The notes beneath the pieces were generated by a model. The model worked only from the letters and a program-made list of their open reading frames with translations, did not search any database and was not told where the DNA came from. Source: Girardia tigrina (taxonomy: Eukaryota). From it: a stretch of 64,000 bases of DNA. The DNA is taken from contig MQRK01217891.1 of assembly GCA_001938485.1 (NCBI GenBank), forward strand, positions 26,121 through 90,120. The letters are read 5' to 3'. This document shows, one piece after another, positions 1 through 14,384 of this stretch (its first letter is position 1; each line of letters starts with the position of its first letter). A program made the translations under genes and the position numbers.

Positions 1-120
1 AATAAAATAAATTTTATGATAGGGTTATTAAAAGATTTATGTAAAGATTTATTATAAAGTAAAAAAAAGTTAATTTCAAATTTGATAATTTTTAAATCAA
101 AATAAATTTAAAATGTGGTA

Positions 121-227
121 ATAAATTTTTGTAAAATGTAATTATAATTTATTTTGTAAAATGTAATTATAATTTATTTTGTAAATTGTAGTTATAATTT
201 TTTTTTGAAAATGTAATTATAATTTTT
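121..227. repeat. 25-bp tandem minisatellite, ~4 copies
   Basis: Unit gtaaaatgtaattataatttatttt starts at 131, 156 and 181. Confidence 0.8.
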
Positions 228-1644
228 CGGAAATTAAAATTGAAAGTAAAAAAAATTGTAGAACCATTAAATCGACTTAAATAAAAAAATGCGATTTTAA
301 TTTTTTTTGAAAAATGTAATTGAGAAACAGGAAAATTTAAATGTTCCATAAAATTGAAAAATTAATAAAAGACGCAACAAAATCTTTGTGACAAAATTTT
401 AATTNNNNNNNNNNNNNNNNNNNNAAATATTGAATTTTAATTTGTAAAAATATACGAATCATATTTTTATTTATATCTATTTTTATTTATATTGGTTGTG
501 TAAAAAAAGAAAGTACAAAAGTTCCTCAAAAATATTTGTTTAAAAAAATTCAAATGGTTATAGAAATAAATTTTGGTGTTCGTTATAATGTCTTGTGAGC
601 AAGAATCTAATAATAACTTTGAAAATTCTACTTTTAAGTACATAAAACAATAAGAACCCAATTTAAATATATTTAATGATAATATATTTCAACAGTTTTG
701 TAGTCCTCATTATGGGAACATATTTGTATAATAAGTACAAGTAAAATATAAAAAAATACTATTTTAAAAACGATGATTATATTGAAATCGAGTATGTTGT
801 GGAAAACCGTGACGACCCCGAAGATCTACTGAAATTTTCCCTGTACGGAATTCTGTGGATTTTTCACAAATCACAGTAACATTTAAAATGTAGTGTCATA
901 ATCGGTCACTGTGCCAATTTCTGGAGTTCAACTCAAAATTGATATACGATGAACCAGAAATCTTTCCATATTTTAAATAAAGTTGAAGTTGGTGTTTATA
1001 CATTTGATTGTGGATTAAAGAAATTTCATAATGTTGTTTGAATGAAAAGTTGTAAAGCGGAAAAATTAATTTAAAAAATAAAAATTAATAAAAATTTTAT
1101 TCTTCTCGATAATCATAAAATTATACTGAAAACTTATTTAAAATTAAAAGCAATAGTAACGTTTCTCGTGCGAAGCACTGTTGAAGTTCTCAAATTTATT
1201 CATAGTGAATAAAATAGATTAAAGGTATCTTGTGGTATAATACTCGAAGACATTGTCCGAGATGCAACTTATCGGTACCAAAATTATCCAGCGAATGGTT
1301 TATATTTAAATTTTTCTATCAATGAATTCGCTTGAAAATATCTGTACACGGTTGAAATCAAATAAATGGTTTTGTGATAAACGGCTCAACAGCTTAGATG
1401 GTTTGAAATGTCATTCATCTCATTAATCATTGCAATTATCATCAAATCTATGGAGAACGAGAAATGGTGCTCGTAAGGGCCAAAAATAATGATTGGCAAA
1501 AAATCCTGAGATTTTTCAGAGATTAGCATTTTTTGTTTTTTTTTATTACCTTTTATCTTTAGATATTTAGATAAATATTATATTTGTTTGAAAATCAATG
1601 GTGCTTCAAAATTCGGTTTCTCTTTAGTTAAAAAACTTTATGTA

Positions 1645-2141
1645 TGTGTGGAATATTTAAAATTGTTTGAATATATATATATATATATATTGATGTTGTA
1701 TATTGATTTGAGTATGTTGAACTTAGAATGGTGATCCTCCCACCAAGATGGAAATTGGTATTTTTTTATTTAAAGAATTGACTATTCGAACATAATTAAA
1801 ATAATAATTTGATAAGTTTATATTTTTTAAATTAACAATTTAATTAGATTTAAGTAAATTTAATGAAATTTAAATTAAATTCTTTTTTAATAATTTGATA
1901 ACATTTTTATTATTTTGTGTTTTGTTAAAAATAGTTAAAATTATTATTTTAATTAATATTTTTAGAAATTAAATATTTTAAAAAGTTTTAGAAAAATTAT
2001 TCGAATAATCATGATTAAAAATATAAATTAAAAAACCAATTAGAGCGATGTCAAACGATGAAAGATCTTCCAAGAGTTGTAATGACTCTAAATGTGATTA
2101 CAATAAAAATTCAAATGAGAATTGTCTCAATGTTCTTAATA
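1645..2141 (+). mobile_element. solo LTR (TG...TA termini, 5-bp TSD ATGTA)
   Basis: Closely similar to 54224-54756; ATGTA directly flanks both ends. Confidence 0.8.
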
Positions 2142-3074
2142 ATGTAATTATAATAATAGGAAAATGGTTTTATTGAATTTTTCAGTCTGAAAATTAAAAT
2201 AAAATTTTATATTCCCTGAAATGAGAAAACAACTAGTTCAAGAAAACATGTGTCGTCATTCCACGAATAAATCAGACATAAATTTACGATTTTAATCATA
2301 AATATCAAAGCGGTAACTTGAAAGAAATACAATAACTTTCTCGGGTTGAAATGGTGAGACCTAAACCTTAATTTGTTTATCTTAAAATGGGAAACTTCCT
2401 CACTTCCTTTCATTTCAAAATTATATAATTTTAAAATTAAATCATGATTATTAAATATTTAATTATAATTTTATTATTATTCTTGCCAATATATGTGGCT
2501 TTATTCATAAAATAAAATAAAAATATATAGGTGATATAAATAACATATAATAATTATTTATATAAAAATTGTATTAAAGTAAATAAAACCAATATATAAA
2601 ATATAATAAAATTGTTTATTTTTCCCATGATAATTCACTTGTGACGTCACTTATTTATAATGGTTCAATTAATTGACAAATATTCCGTATAACTCGTTCA
2701 CAATTTTATAACGTAAACTGATCATTATAAATAATTTAAATTTAAAGTCCTTTAATTAAATTGAAATTTTTAAATAAATTATTTTGTATTAATAAATAAA
2801 AGGTTGNNNNNNNNNNNNNNNNNNNNNNNNNNNNNNNNNNNNNNNNNNNNNNNNNNATATATATATATATATATATATAATCTTAAATTACACAACTATT
2901 AAATAAAACCTGGATTTAATAAATCTAGACTTTATGAACAATTCATTGATACTTTATTTTGGACATTTTTTTAAACCTTTCTTAGCGATTTTTTAAATCA
3001 AAAAACTTTTTTCTTTTTTTAGTATTTATTTTATATATTTAGCTAAACGAAAAGTTCTTCCCGATTTTTTTTCT

Positions 3075-3117
<43 letters not shown>

Positions 3118-3229
3118 TATTACAATTTGTAATTGATTTTTTATTGAATTTTTAACCTCTTTAAACATCATGAAAAAATTAGAAATTAGTGAATCTTTAA
3201 CGCCAATTTAGGAAACAAGGCAACAACAA

Positions 3230-3630
3230 AGACGATCTTCGAAGATGAAAGGGGCATGGAAGTAGTTAGGCTTTTAGGCAGTCCAGTTTGAAATTTTCAA
3301 GCCATAAGTACTGTTTGTTTATATTTTTTCAGATTTTTACCCATGTTGTTTGCATGTACTTGGAAGTAATTCAGAAGTTTCCTCTTCTATGTCGCATGAT
3401 GGATTCAGCTGGTGTTTTTCCGTTCATTGTGAAAATGGAAATGTTCAAAACTTTCATACTTTTCTCCTTAGCCAATAATAATAATCTTTCCCCATTGTCT
3501 GACGTGTTTCCATTCTGTGCACACTTTACGGTGCTGTTATCGGATCCTCTCCGTCATATCATATGCGACAGTTGAAGTCTCCTCCCACTATCTAGATTAA
3601 TCCTATCAGTCTGGCTTCAGCTTCTTCTTT
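3230..3630 (-). mobile_element. LINE apurinic-endonuclease domain fragment (degenerate)
   Basis: Minus strand reads IVGGDFNCRI...TSDNGERLLLLAKEKSMKVLN with stops. Confidence 0.65.
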
Positions 3631-3996
3631 AATAAACAATGTTCGATCCACTCGGGGGAGTGTGAATACAAAGAAAAAAATCCCGTTGTAAAAGAACAAT
3701 TCTTTTTTAATGAAAAATTCTGCAAATGACAATTAAAATTGGACTGAAAATGCGTCTTTTATGGAGTCAATGATAGCGCGGATGATCTAATATCTGTCCG
3801 AGCATGCAAACTCAACTTACAGAACTAAAAATATTTTATATCGAATCTAAAAAACTTTCGGAGTTTTGTTGAAACAATTTTAGTTACTAAATCTGATATT
3901 TTTGCTCAAACTTACAAGAAATGAATTGAAAAGAAAATCGATTGTATTTGTAGAGAGAAAAGAAAATATTATGCGATATATAAATTTATATATATA

Positions 3997-4588
3997 CAGC
4001 TGTGGACAAAAGTCTGTTGACTTTCACATTTTCTACACAACTTGTATTAATATAGTATTACCACCATGAGAAGTGAAAATTATTTAAATGTGTTGAAAGA
4101 AAGGCTACAACCCATGATGAATATTCGAGGAACAAAAATATTCATGCATGATGGTGCTCCTTGCCACCAAGCAGTCTTANNNNNNNNNNNNNNNNNNNNN
4201 NNNNNNNNNNNNNNNNNNNNNNNNNNNNNNNNNAAATAGTCCAGAATTGAATCCTTTGGAAAATTTGTGGCATATTATGAAGGCCAAGGTTGCTGCCCAC
4301 CGCCCAACAAGTTTTGAGAATTTGAAGGAAGTCATTGAAGGCGTCTGGTGTATTGAAATTACTCCAGAATTGTGTCAAAAATTGGTCCACAGTATGCCAA
4401 AAAGAATCAATGATGTGCTGAATAATAAGGGTCAATCAATCAAATACTGATATATTATACTATAAAAAGTTGNNNNTATACACCCGTTACATTATTTAAA
4501 TGTTATAACTATTCTGCTGTAAATGTCATAAATTTATCAAATATATTGTGCTAAAATGTGAGAGTCAACAGACTTTTGTCCACAGCTG
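3997..4588 (+). mobile_element. Internally deleted Tc1-family transposon
   Basis: ~36-bp TIRs CAGCTGTGGACAAAAGTCTGTTGAC..., TA TSD; FMHDGAPCH...NSPELNPLENLW C-terminal DDE fragment. Confidence 0.9.
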
Positions 4589-5229
4589 TATATATATCAA
4601 GAAATCGATCAGAAAAAATGTCATATAGATTTTCGAAAAAAATGGTTAAGAAAGTCAAATCTTTCTCGATGATATATATAATCAAATATATATCATAAAT
4701 ATATATAATCAGAAATACGTTTTGAAAGGCAAATAAAGATTTATGGAGCGATTTGAAAATTGTGTTCTTTTTTTTAATCTGTTTCAATAGATTCGGTTTA
4801 TATTTGGGTTTGCTCTGAGATATTAAATCTTATATCATAAATTTTATCATAAATCTTATATTATAAATTAAATCTTTGTTTCGTCATGTAAAAAGTTTGA
4901 ATTGTAAAAAAGTAAAAAATAAGATTATTAAAAAAAATAAACCAAAAAAAAGATTTGTCAGATAATAATAAAAAAATTATCTATATCGTAAAAATAGTTT
5001 TCAAAAATACTATAAATAAAGAAAAAAAATTAAAATGCAAAAATTCTGATGATGATTGATTTTTGAAAGTGATTTGTTTAAATGTGATAATTGCAGAAAT
5101 ATTGGCGGGAAAATTTGTAATAAAAATTGGTATTAAATAAAAATAATACATGATTGAATGTTGTTATGATTCGATTACTTTATTGCGTCGTAAAATTCAG
5201 TCTAAACTAGTAAACAAAACAAAGTTTTT

Positions 5230-5660
5230 AGTCCATTCTTTATGCGGACAACTCTATTTTGCCAACAGAATTTTTTGTAATCTTTTGCTAAAGGGAAAAT
5301 TACTATTACATTTTTTAATCAATTTATTATTTTATTAATAGCAATTAAAACCTTTTGTAGAACGGAAAATTTCATACAAAAAAAATTTAAAACTCCATTT
5401 TGCAATCAAATAGTTACTGATAACACAATAAATTTATTATAAAGCATGGAATGAAAAAACAAACATTTCTGTTTAATACAGTTAAACATTTGTGAATAAT
5501 CGCAAAATGTTTTTTCAAAAACATTTTTTTGATTTACTAGTTTGATCAAATTTTCACATAATGATTTATTGTCATCGAGAATGAGAAAATTTGCAAAGTT
5601 TGGAGAAATTTGATTGAGGAAAAAGTCTTCAAAAATAGGTTTCTAAATTCCATGGATATA
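5230..5660. repeat. Dispersed non-coding repeat, copy 1 (inverted copy at ~21862-22210)
   Basis: Shared blocks such as gatttactagtttgatcaaatttt and ttgtcatcgagaatgag match the reverse complement of the other copy. Confidence 0.65.
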
Positions 5661-6339
5661 TATATACAGCTTTGGCCAAAAGTTTAGAATAATAGAATTC
5701 TTAAGCAATTTTCATATTTAAATGAACAAAACATGTGTAAAACAGAAATGAAATTGAACACAATAAGTACTCGATATAGTGGTTGGAAGAAAAAGATTCC
5801 ACACTAAAATATATTTAATAAAACGAAACTACAAACACACATATGTTGATTATATACTGAACAAAAGGAGAGTCAAAGGTTAACTCTGTTCTTGACCCCG
5901 TAATAGTTATATAATACAGATTTAGAAATATTCTAAATTTGTTGATTGCATTATATTTTATTTAATTAATTTTAATTTAATTTTGTATTATCTCAATACG
6001 AGGAATAATGATCACGGGACTTCAGAACTTTTTGAATTCTTCGAGGCAAGTTATAGTTATAGAAGTCAGTAGTTATAGAGGAATTCCATATCTCTTGACT
6101 CTTAACTCGAAGATCAGCAATAGATGATGTTTGCTTGTTCATGTGGTGTCAAACATTGTGCGCATAACATACAGTCAGTTCGTGATAACGCGTCTACATT
6201 TTTGTGTAATTCTCCCATTTGATATTCAAGCTTCATATTTAAACTACTTAAATAATTCATCCAATTCTGAAATAGTAGCGTAATCGGTTTTTGTTGTAGT
6301 CATCATAAATAAGATTACTTTATGGTCAATTTGCAATTT

Positions 6340-9290
6340 AAATCATGCCTCGTAAAGATAATGTTTAAAGTATTGTGTGAAATGAAAAATCACCAATAAT
6401 TCCTTTCTAGTTATGCAGTATCTAATTTCATGTTTTGTCATAGACTTTGATCCGTATGCAATTACTTGTTCCTCACCATTTTCGTTTTCTTGTATCAAAA
6501 CTGCCCCTATCGGGTCGAACGATGCATCCGTATCAAGTATAAACTCCTTGGTATAAACTCAAGTATAAACTCAGGGTAACACAGGACGTGTGCATTTATC
6601 GAAGCGCTTTTCAATTTTTTAAAAGCCTCATCATGAGATTCAGACCAATACAGCTTCTCTTTTACACTTCCACACATCTCTTCTAATGGCTTAGAAACTT
6701 CCGAGTAGTTCTTTATAAACTACCGATAATAATTGCATATATTGATAAAACTGCGCAACTTCTTCACACATTTCGGGTTTTCGTATTCCGCAATCTTTTT
6801 AATCTTTTCCGGGTCTGTCTTAAAAACCTTTTTGTTCACGATGTGTCCCAAAAATCGCAGTTCGTGTTCCAGAAAGCTATATTTTTCTGGATTTATTAGT
6901 AGTCTTGTTCTCGGTATTCTTGAAAATACTTTCTCCAATCTTTTCCTATGTTCCATTTCCGTTTTTGGAAATTTTAAATATCATCTAGATACATCAAAGC
7001 CTATTTCCATAACATTTCTTTCAGAATATCTTTCATCAGTTTCTGGAAGGTTGCTGGAGCTGCTTCAATACCGAACGGCATTCTGGTAAAACAGAATTGT
7101 CCTGTTTTGTAGAAAAAGCTGTTTTTAATCTTGAAGATTCCTCAAGTTCTACTTGATAGTTTGCATAACCTAAATCAATGCTACTAAACAATTTCATTCC
7201 TCTCAAAGAATCCAGCATCTCGTCAATGTTCTGCATGGGGAATGCCGGCCTCCCTTGTGACCTGGTTCAATAATCTAAAATCCAAGCATAATCGAATCTC
7301 TTTTTTGTCTTTCTTCCAGATGCACTCCATCGGTGTGTTCCATTTGGAGAAACATTTCTCTATTATTCTATGTTTCTCTAAATTCTTAATTGCTTCCTCG
7401 ATATGGCTTTCTAAATGATTAGGTTTTCCGTCGAGGTTTCTGTAATATTGGTTCCCTGAAATTTCAATTCGATGTTTAACTAACAAGGTCTTCCCAATGT
7501 CTCATTTTCCAGCTATAAACACATTTTTAAATTTTTCTATACATATATATAATTGTGTGCCTTTTACCAGATGGAGTTTTTCTTTTGTATTCGAGAATAT
7601 CTCTGCCTCTACATACTTACATTTGTCTATACATTGTATAATGGTGTAATGCGCATATTTTTTACATCAGGAGTTCACTGTCTCCTCATTTTCCGATTGC
7701 ATATCTATTCTTTGTAGTAATTCTAGACCAAAGATAATAAGGGGAGACACTGTCTTAGCAATCTAAAATAAATGTCATATCTTTTTATTTCTCCAAATAA
7801 CTGGTACATAGCAAACGCAAAGTATGTCCATCCCACTTCCATTTGCGCAGATAACTACTGATCATTCATTATTACTTACTGGGATGTGGAAAAGGTGGGC
7901 AATATCTGCATCCATACGTTAATACGGGCACCAGTATCTTATAAGCAGTCTAATTTTGCTTCCAATATTTTAGCTCTAATACTTGGCCTTCCACTAAATA
8001 TTCTATAATCGAATTTAACTCTCAGATTTATAATAAATTCAAATATCACATATTCTTCTTCAATTTCATGCTCTACTATCTCTCTATTACCAATTATACT
8101 ACATAGATTACTCTTATTAAAACTGTTATTACTATTAACTTTATTATATTTAAATTTATTAAAAATACTTTTATTAAAAATATTATTGATATAATCCATA
8201 TTACATATACAATTACTTATATCACAAATATCTGGATTACAACATTCTTACTTTTTAATTTAGGGATCCAATCATCTCTTGGATTGACGGAGCCTTGGAG
8301 TGTATTGGTCTTCCAATATCCCCTGTGACCGGATCCTGATGTGAATCTTCCTCCATTCCAGCCACCGACGATCTGTATCGATTTTGTGACCAGTATCGTT
8401 GACTGAAAGTCGATCCTTGATGTTCACCTCGATAACATAGATATCCCAAGAGTCCATTCGCTTCACATACCGAACATTTTAGGTATGAACATACTCTTCG
8501 AATTTGACCGCTGCCCCTATACCGTAGCATTTTTTTATATTTTCGCGACAATCTTTTCGAATGTGACCAGTTTTCCTGCACAAAAAATTTACCATCACTC
8601 CTGCCGAATTGTTGCACCGGTTTTTGTGTTGTTTTGCTTCTCATATTTTTCTGATTCACCCTCCTCATTGACCCGAAATTGAATTGATTTGAAAATGATG
8701 AACGGTCCTTCAAAACCGTGCAAACGTCTTCTGTCTGTTGATTGGAGCAATTTTTTTGTCTGTATTTCCATTTTTATGTTTTCCATTTTTTCAATTACTG
8801 ATTTGATCGATTCTAGAACTTTGGCCTCTTGCATATAAATTTGGGTTTTTATTGATACATCTTTCACACAGTGCGTTAAAAAATAAAACATTAACTCTTG
8901 TTTATTCCATTTATGGGTTAAGATTCTATCGACCTTTTTTTATTTTGTTGTAGAACGCATTTGCCGAATCCATTCCATTACGATAATTCATTAGATCGTT
9001 CAAATCTTGAATTAGTGACGTCGGTCTCTTGAAAGCATTTCTCAATCTGTCGGTAAAACTGGTGATCTTTTCATCGATGGTTTCATATGTTGCCAGCAAA
9101 TTCTTGTTGATGAATCCTTTCACCATCATTGCTTGAATCGATTCATTAATTTGCACGATTTGAAAAAATCTTTCACAATCTGCAATGAATTGATCCATGT
9201 CCTTGTGTCCGTCGAATATTTTTGATGTCAGATTGTTGATAATACTGTATGTGGTTACCATGTAAGGAGTTTTCACGATAAATATTTTTA
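6340..9290 (-). mobile_element. Degenerate Ty3/Gypsy LTR retrotransposon internal region (gag, protease, RT, RNase H)
   Basis: Gag 9276-8255; protease CL*DTGAR near 7930; RT RLCLDFRLLN, FSSIDL..ANYQV, KTAFST, FLGHIV; RNase H FILDTDAS...IAYGSK...RKELL; many frameshifts; integrase and LTRs not found. Confidence 0.9.
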
Positions 9291-9961
9291 CATGATTTTG
9301 AATTAAAAAATATTTACTTGTTTTGATTTATTTTAAATAATAAATTTACCAATCCCCTAGATACGCCAACAGATTAATACTTGGAAATCGCATCCGGGCT
9401 CAAAACATAAACGTTCCCAAAACCTCAAAAAATATGAGTACATGTATGTGAGTAATATATGGATAAATAAATTTTTAAAATATTTTTTTTAAATAATACG
9501 AAGAAAGCGATAACCACACTTGAAAAGTTTTGCTTTCAAGTAAAGAATTGTTGAAAATAAAATATCTAAAAAATCAATTGTTATCTTTATTAATTAAAAT
9601 TCTGGAAATTGATTATGTGCAAACCTAGCATTGTGGTAACTAAACTGGAGTCAAGTTTTGGGAGGTTATACCTGAAAATCGCAGAAATGATCCAACGGAT
9701 GCCTTTCATGAAAATTTAGTACTTCATTTCGATAAAATTCACTGAAAATAATAACGAAAACGGTAATTTCAGGACCAAAAATAATGATTACATTTGTGTC
9801 TGTGGACTGGTGTCCATGTCCAAAATCTAAAAATATGAATTAAACATTTTTAAAATTAGGTACTTTATTTTAATTTTTCGATTCGTTTGGTACAAAAGCA
9901 ATCAATGAAGAATCGAAAAAGTATTGTTCATTGATAGGTTTCTAGATTTATGTAAATAAAA

Positions 9962-10814
9962 TGTGAGATAGAATGGGATAGAATTGGTAAATTAAATTCC
10001 TTTGTTTTAATTTGTGATTGGCACATGTATTTAATAATTTAATACGGAAACGGGCAGGTATCGACGTCCACTTTAGATGTATAAACATTCCGAGTGGTAA
10101 TGGGATTGTGGAACGCAGCAATAAGACAATTAAGTGGATGGTCGCTCGAAGCGGATGCCCGGTAAGAGAGATGGTTGCGTGGTATAATGGAACCCCGAAC
10201 GGTGACGGCGTCATACCGGCATCGAAAATATTCGCTCAGAAACGGAGGCTGCTCCTGTCCAAAGCGTTTAACCTGATGGGTCCCGGTCCGGCACGCGAGC
10301 TGGAAACAAGGAAATCGAAAATCGGCGATGAGGTATTTGTAAAACCGGGACCTCCGTATTCATGTATGTCGTGATGGAGGCGAGCAGCAATCATCGGTCT
10401 ACATCTGCTGCATCAAGTGTATGTGAAACGTAGATCTTATCACATCAGTCAAGTGCGACATGCCGCAGCCATCTGTGACCGAGTCGACCAACCGGAATAT
10501 AGAGAAACGGTAGAGTAACGAGCAGCAAGTGACAACAATATCTGTGAAAGAACTAGTGAGATTGACATACAGGAGCAGGAAGATTTGCGATCGGAGCGTC
10601 CAAGGAGGGTCATTCGCCACCCAGCAAAATTGGCAGATTACATCTTCGAGAGAATCTCAGTTTGTGATGACAGTAGAATTCCACTCTGCTCCGAAGGCGT
10701 CTGTTTGTGTACCTTGAGGACAGGAGGGCGTGTGAGATAAATGGGAATTTAATTGGTAAATTAAATTCCTTTGTTTTAATTTTTTGTTGGCTCATTTATT
10801 TAATAATTCAAATA
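9962..10814 (+). mobile_element. Miniature LTR element: ~83-bp LTRs around a Gypsy integrase fragment
   Basis: Direct repeats at 9962-10044 and 10731-10814; PSGNGIVERSNKTIK...WYNGTP integrase core; purine tract GAGGACAGGAGGGCG immediately before the 3' LTR. Confidence 0.8.
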
Positions 10815-12749
10815 TAGTTGTGCGTGGTAGACTTTTGTTGGGTAAATGTCAATAAATGTTTATAAAAATAAATAATTAATAAATAATAGTTGATTAGTAT
10901 TATTTTTCTATTTATTTTATAATTTTGATTATTATTATTTATATTTTTAAATAAAATAATATTATATTACTTACATTAAAATTAAAATTAAATAATTTTA
11001 AAGTTCAGGCCTCGAGGCCAAAGTATTTAAAAATATTTAAGCAAAATGACTCATTAAGAGTCAAAGATTAAGAATCAAAATTAAAGTCTGTTTTCATAAA
11101 CAATATAAATATATCATCAAAAAATTGGTAGTTGATATTATTTTTCTAAATTTTAGACTTTGAAATAGGCGATATTATTTTGCATTTTAGGAAATCGAGG
11201 ATCGGAATCGACAATATTATTTTTCAATTTCAAGATTGAACTATTAGTTTCGCAAGGAATCAAAAGAAATTTATTTAAACTGTTTGGAAAGAATCATGTA
11301 AGAAATAAAGGAAAAGAAATTGAATTGAATTAATCTAAGCAAGCTTATTCTACAATTTTATTGAGAGGAAGTCGTGATCGAGTCATTTCTGAACAAAAGA
11401 AGAGTTCATCCGATTATTAATTTATTTATATAAAATATATAATTAAATTTTCATTTCTGGTAAATTAATTTAACTTAACTTAGTAATTGGAATAATTTTT
11501 TCCTTAAAATCATATTTCTCTCTATAATCTAAAATCTCAAAGACAAACTGAAGTTACTGGACGGAGAATCTGTTCAATAAAAAATCAATTAAAATAAGTA
11601 AACTTTCACATGATCCTATTTGTATTTATTCTATATAGTTAATATTGTAAATCTGTTCATAATTAAATAAAATTTTCAGAAAATGTGTTGTCGTTCGATT
11701 TGTTAATTAAATCTAATATTTAGTAATTCCTTTTCATAATTATTAAAGTTAAAAGAGCCTATACACATACCTAAAATCCGCATTCACAACATATAAAATC
11801 TGCAACTAAAATCTACAGAAAGACCTGACTTTTCTAGGAAAACCACCTAGAAAGTGAACCAATAAGTAAATTATTTTTGTTGTGCTTTCGTAAGTTTTCA
11901 TATCTTTAATCGGAAACCCAACATTTTTTATCTTAATTTTCATTAAATAAAATTTTGATCAAAATCAAATATGCTCACTAATTATTTATAAAAACATTTA
12001 AAACTTCCTATTTATAATTAATTAATAATTGCCAAAATCATATGGATAATACTTCCTTAGTCTCATTAAGTTGAAAATTAAGTTATTTACAGATAATATG
12101 GAGTAAATATTAAAGAAATAGATGAAAATGTATTTCTAAGATTAAAATTTCTAAAACTAAAATTTCGTGAATTATATGAAGACAAACATAAAAAAATATT
12201 TGAGGCTTACAAATTTCATTGTAATAATTTTGATTTCAAATAATTTACTTTGAGAAAATCACGTTTTTGAAAATTGGATTTTAGAAATTCTTAACCCCCT
12301 ATCAAATTAGTCATAATAAATGGCGCATATAATGGCGGACTAAATTACAAAATCACTAATAACGCAATTAAATGCAAACTTTAAATTAAAAATTCATAAT
12401 TAATTTTTACTATCTCTTTTCAAAATGTAACAATCAAACTTTCCTTCACAAAAATTCTCATCACCAATTAAAAAAATTTAAATTTAAAAATTTAAAATCA
12501 AACTCACTATTAGAATATATTCAATCAAAATTCAAAATTTTCCTATAAAAAAAATCGAATACAAATCAATTTAAAAAAATTATCCATTAAAAATTAAATT
12601 AAATATTATTTGCATTTGTTTTACTGTTTCAGAAAGAACACTAATTAGTGAAACACTTTAATATTTGATTAATATTATTGTTTGTTGTTTTTTTGTTTCG
12701 AAACCGAAAACAATCTCGTTCCGTTCACCAAAAATCGAATTCGAGCAAC

Positions 12750-12818
12750 ATGAGTACGATGAAAGTAATAGTCAAAACACTCGATGGGAAAAATCACGAT
12801 TTCTCTGTGCCCGATAAC
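12750..12818 (+). CDS. BAG6: BAG6 exon 1 (UBL start)
   Basis: MSTMKVIVKTLDGKNHDFSVPDN, donor GTAAAT at 12819, 57-nt intron. Confidence 0.9.
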
Positions 12819-12875
12819 GTAAATCGATCGAATTTGTTCCCAGAAAATCGCTTTTATCGATTCTAACATTTTCAG

Positions 12876-12917
12876 ATCACCGTCAATCAATTCAAGAGTA
12901 TAATCCATGAGAAAATG
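12876..12917 (+). CDS. BAG6: BAG6 exon 2 (UBL)
   Basis: ttttcAG acceptor, ITVNQFKSIIHEKM, donor GTAATG. Confidence 0.88.
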
Positions 12918-14384
12918 GTAATGACAATAGAGAGGAACTTGGAAGATCGATTATCGATTATGTTTTTGATCATTTGTTCACGGAGATCGGCGAGTCGTGT
13001 TTAATGCAGATCATTTTTTATTATTTCTATATAATAATTAATTAATTATTTTTATTTAATAATTATTAAAAAAACATAATTATTATAAATATTTCATTTA
13101 AGCTATTTTTTATTTCTTTCATTATTAATTAATTATTATTTTTATTTAATTACTAATTTATTTTTTATAACTTATTTTCAATATTAATAATAATAAACTT
13201 TTAATTTTTATAATTTAATAATTAATTAATGAATACTTTCAATTATTAATTTATTCATTTTATTTATTCTCAATCATTATTCCTTATTTTAATTTTATTT
13301 AATTATTTAATAAGTAATTATTAAATTAATTAAATAATTATTATTTTTATTTAATTGATAGTTTATTAAGTTATTATTTTTTAATATTAATTCCTTATTT
13401 TATTTTTATTCAATTATTAATTTAATTATTTAAATATTAATTAATTCATATTTTATTAGTTATTATTTTCTCGTTATTAAATAATTTATTAATTAATATA
13501 TTTTTTATTGAATTTATTAATTAATATTTTGTTTAATTAATAATTTATTATTTAATAATTAAATAATATTTTTATTTAGTTATTGATTTATTCTTTTTAT
13601 AATTTATTTTCAATAATAATATTTATATTTAATTTTTATTATTTATTTTCCTTATTAATACTAAAATAAAATTATTCATATTCAATTTAATTATCATTTC
13701 TTTCATTATTTATTACTTTAGTTGTTATTTACTTTAAATATTTATTCCTCATTTTATTTTAATTTTATTATTATTTTTTAATTATATAATAATTTATTTA
13801 TATTTTATTTAAATATTTTTTAAAATTTAATTATTAAATATTAGTATTTTGAATATCTAAGTGTATATCAGATTTTTTAATAAAAAAAAATTGAAATTTG
13901 TATTTTTTTTGTGTTCTTATACAGTTTAAAATTCGTTCTTTTACAGTAAAAAGTACTTGGTGATGTTCTGTTCATGACAAAACATGTCTCGTGAATTTGG
14001 GTGTATTCGGTTATCGTCCTCATCGGTTTAAGAGTGTAAATATAAGGAAAATTTATATATAAACTTAATTTAAACAGCGTGTTGGACATGCGTTTTTGCC
14101 TATTATCTTCATTTAAGCTGTATAAATGTCTCTTTTTGGGTTTCGTTTGAATTATAAATTTAATTCTCTTATTTTTTACAATAATTTTAATTTTTAATCA
14201 AAATTAATAAAAATAAGAGAAAATTGATTTTCATTCCAGGATAAAATATTATAAAATAATAAAATATTAACGAAAAAAATTATTATCTAAAAAAATCTAG
14301 AATTAAATTGAAAAACTGAATTAAACTGAAAACTAAAGAAATATAGGAAAAATTTAAGTAAAGGAATAAATTGAATAGTCTTTT

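Noticed and set aside
5667-5700. TA-CAGCTTTGGCCAAAAGTTTAGAATA, a Tc1-like terminus
   Set aside because: No matching opposite TIR or transposase found; orphan end only
9354-9372. Possible primer-binding site (TGGCGTATCTAGGGG on minus) upstream of Gypsy gag
   Set aside because: Could not match it to a specific tRNA or define an adjacent LTR
13010-13860. Extremely AT-rich, T-skewed tract in BAG6 intron 2
   Set aside because: Low-complexity sequence without a definable unit or structure
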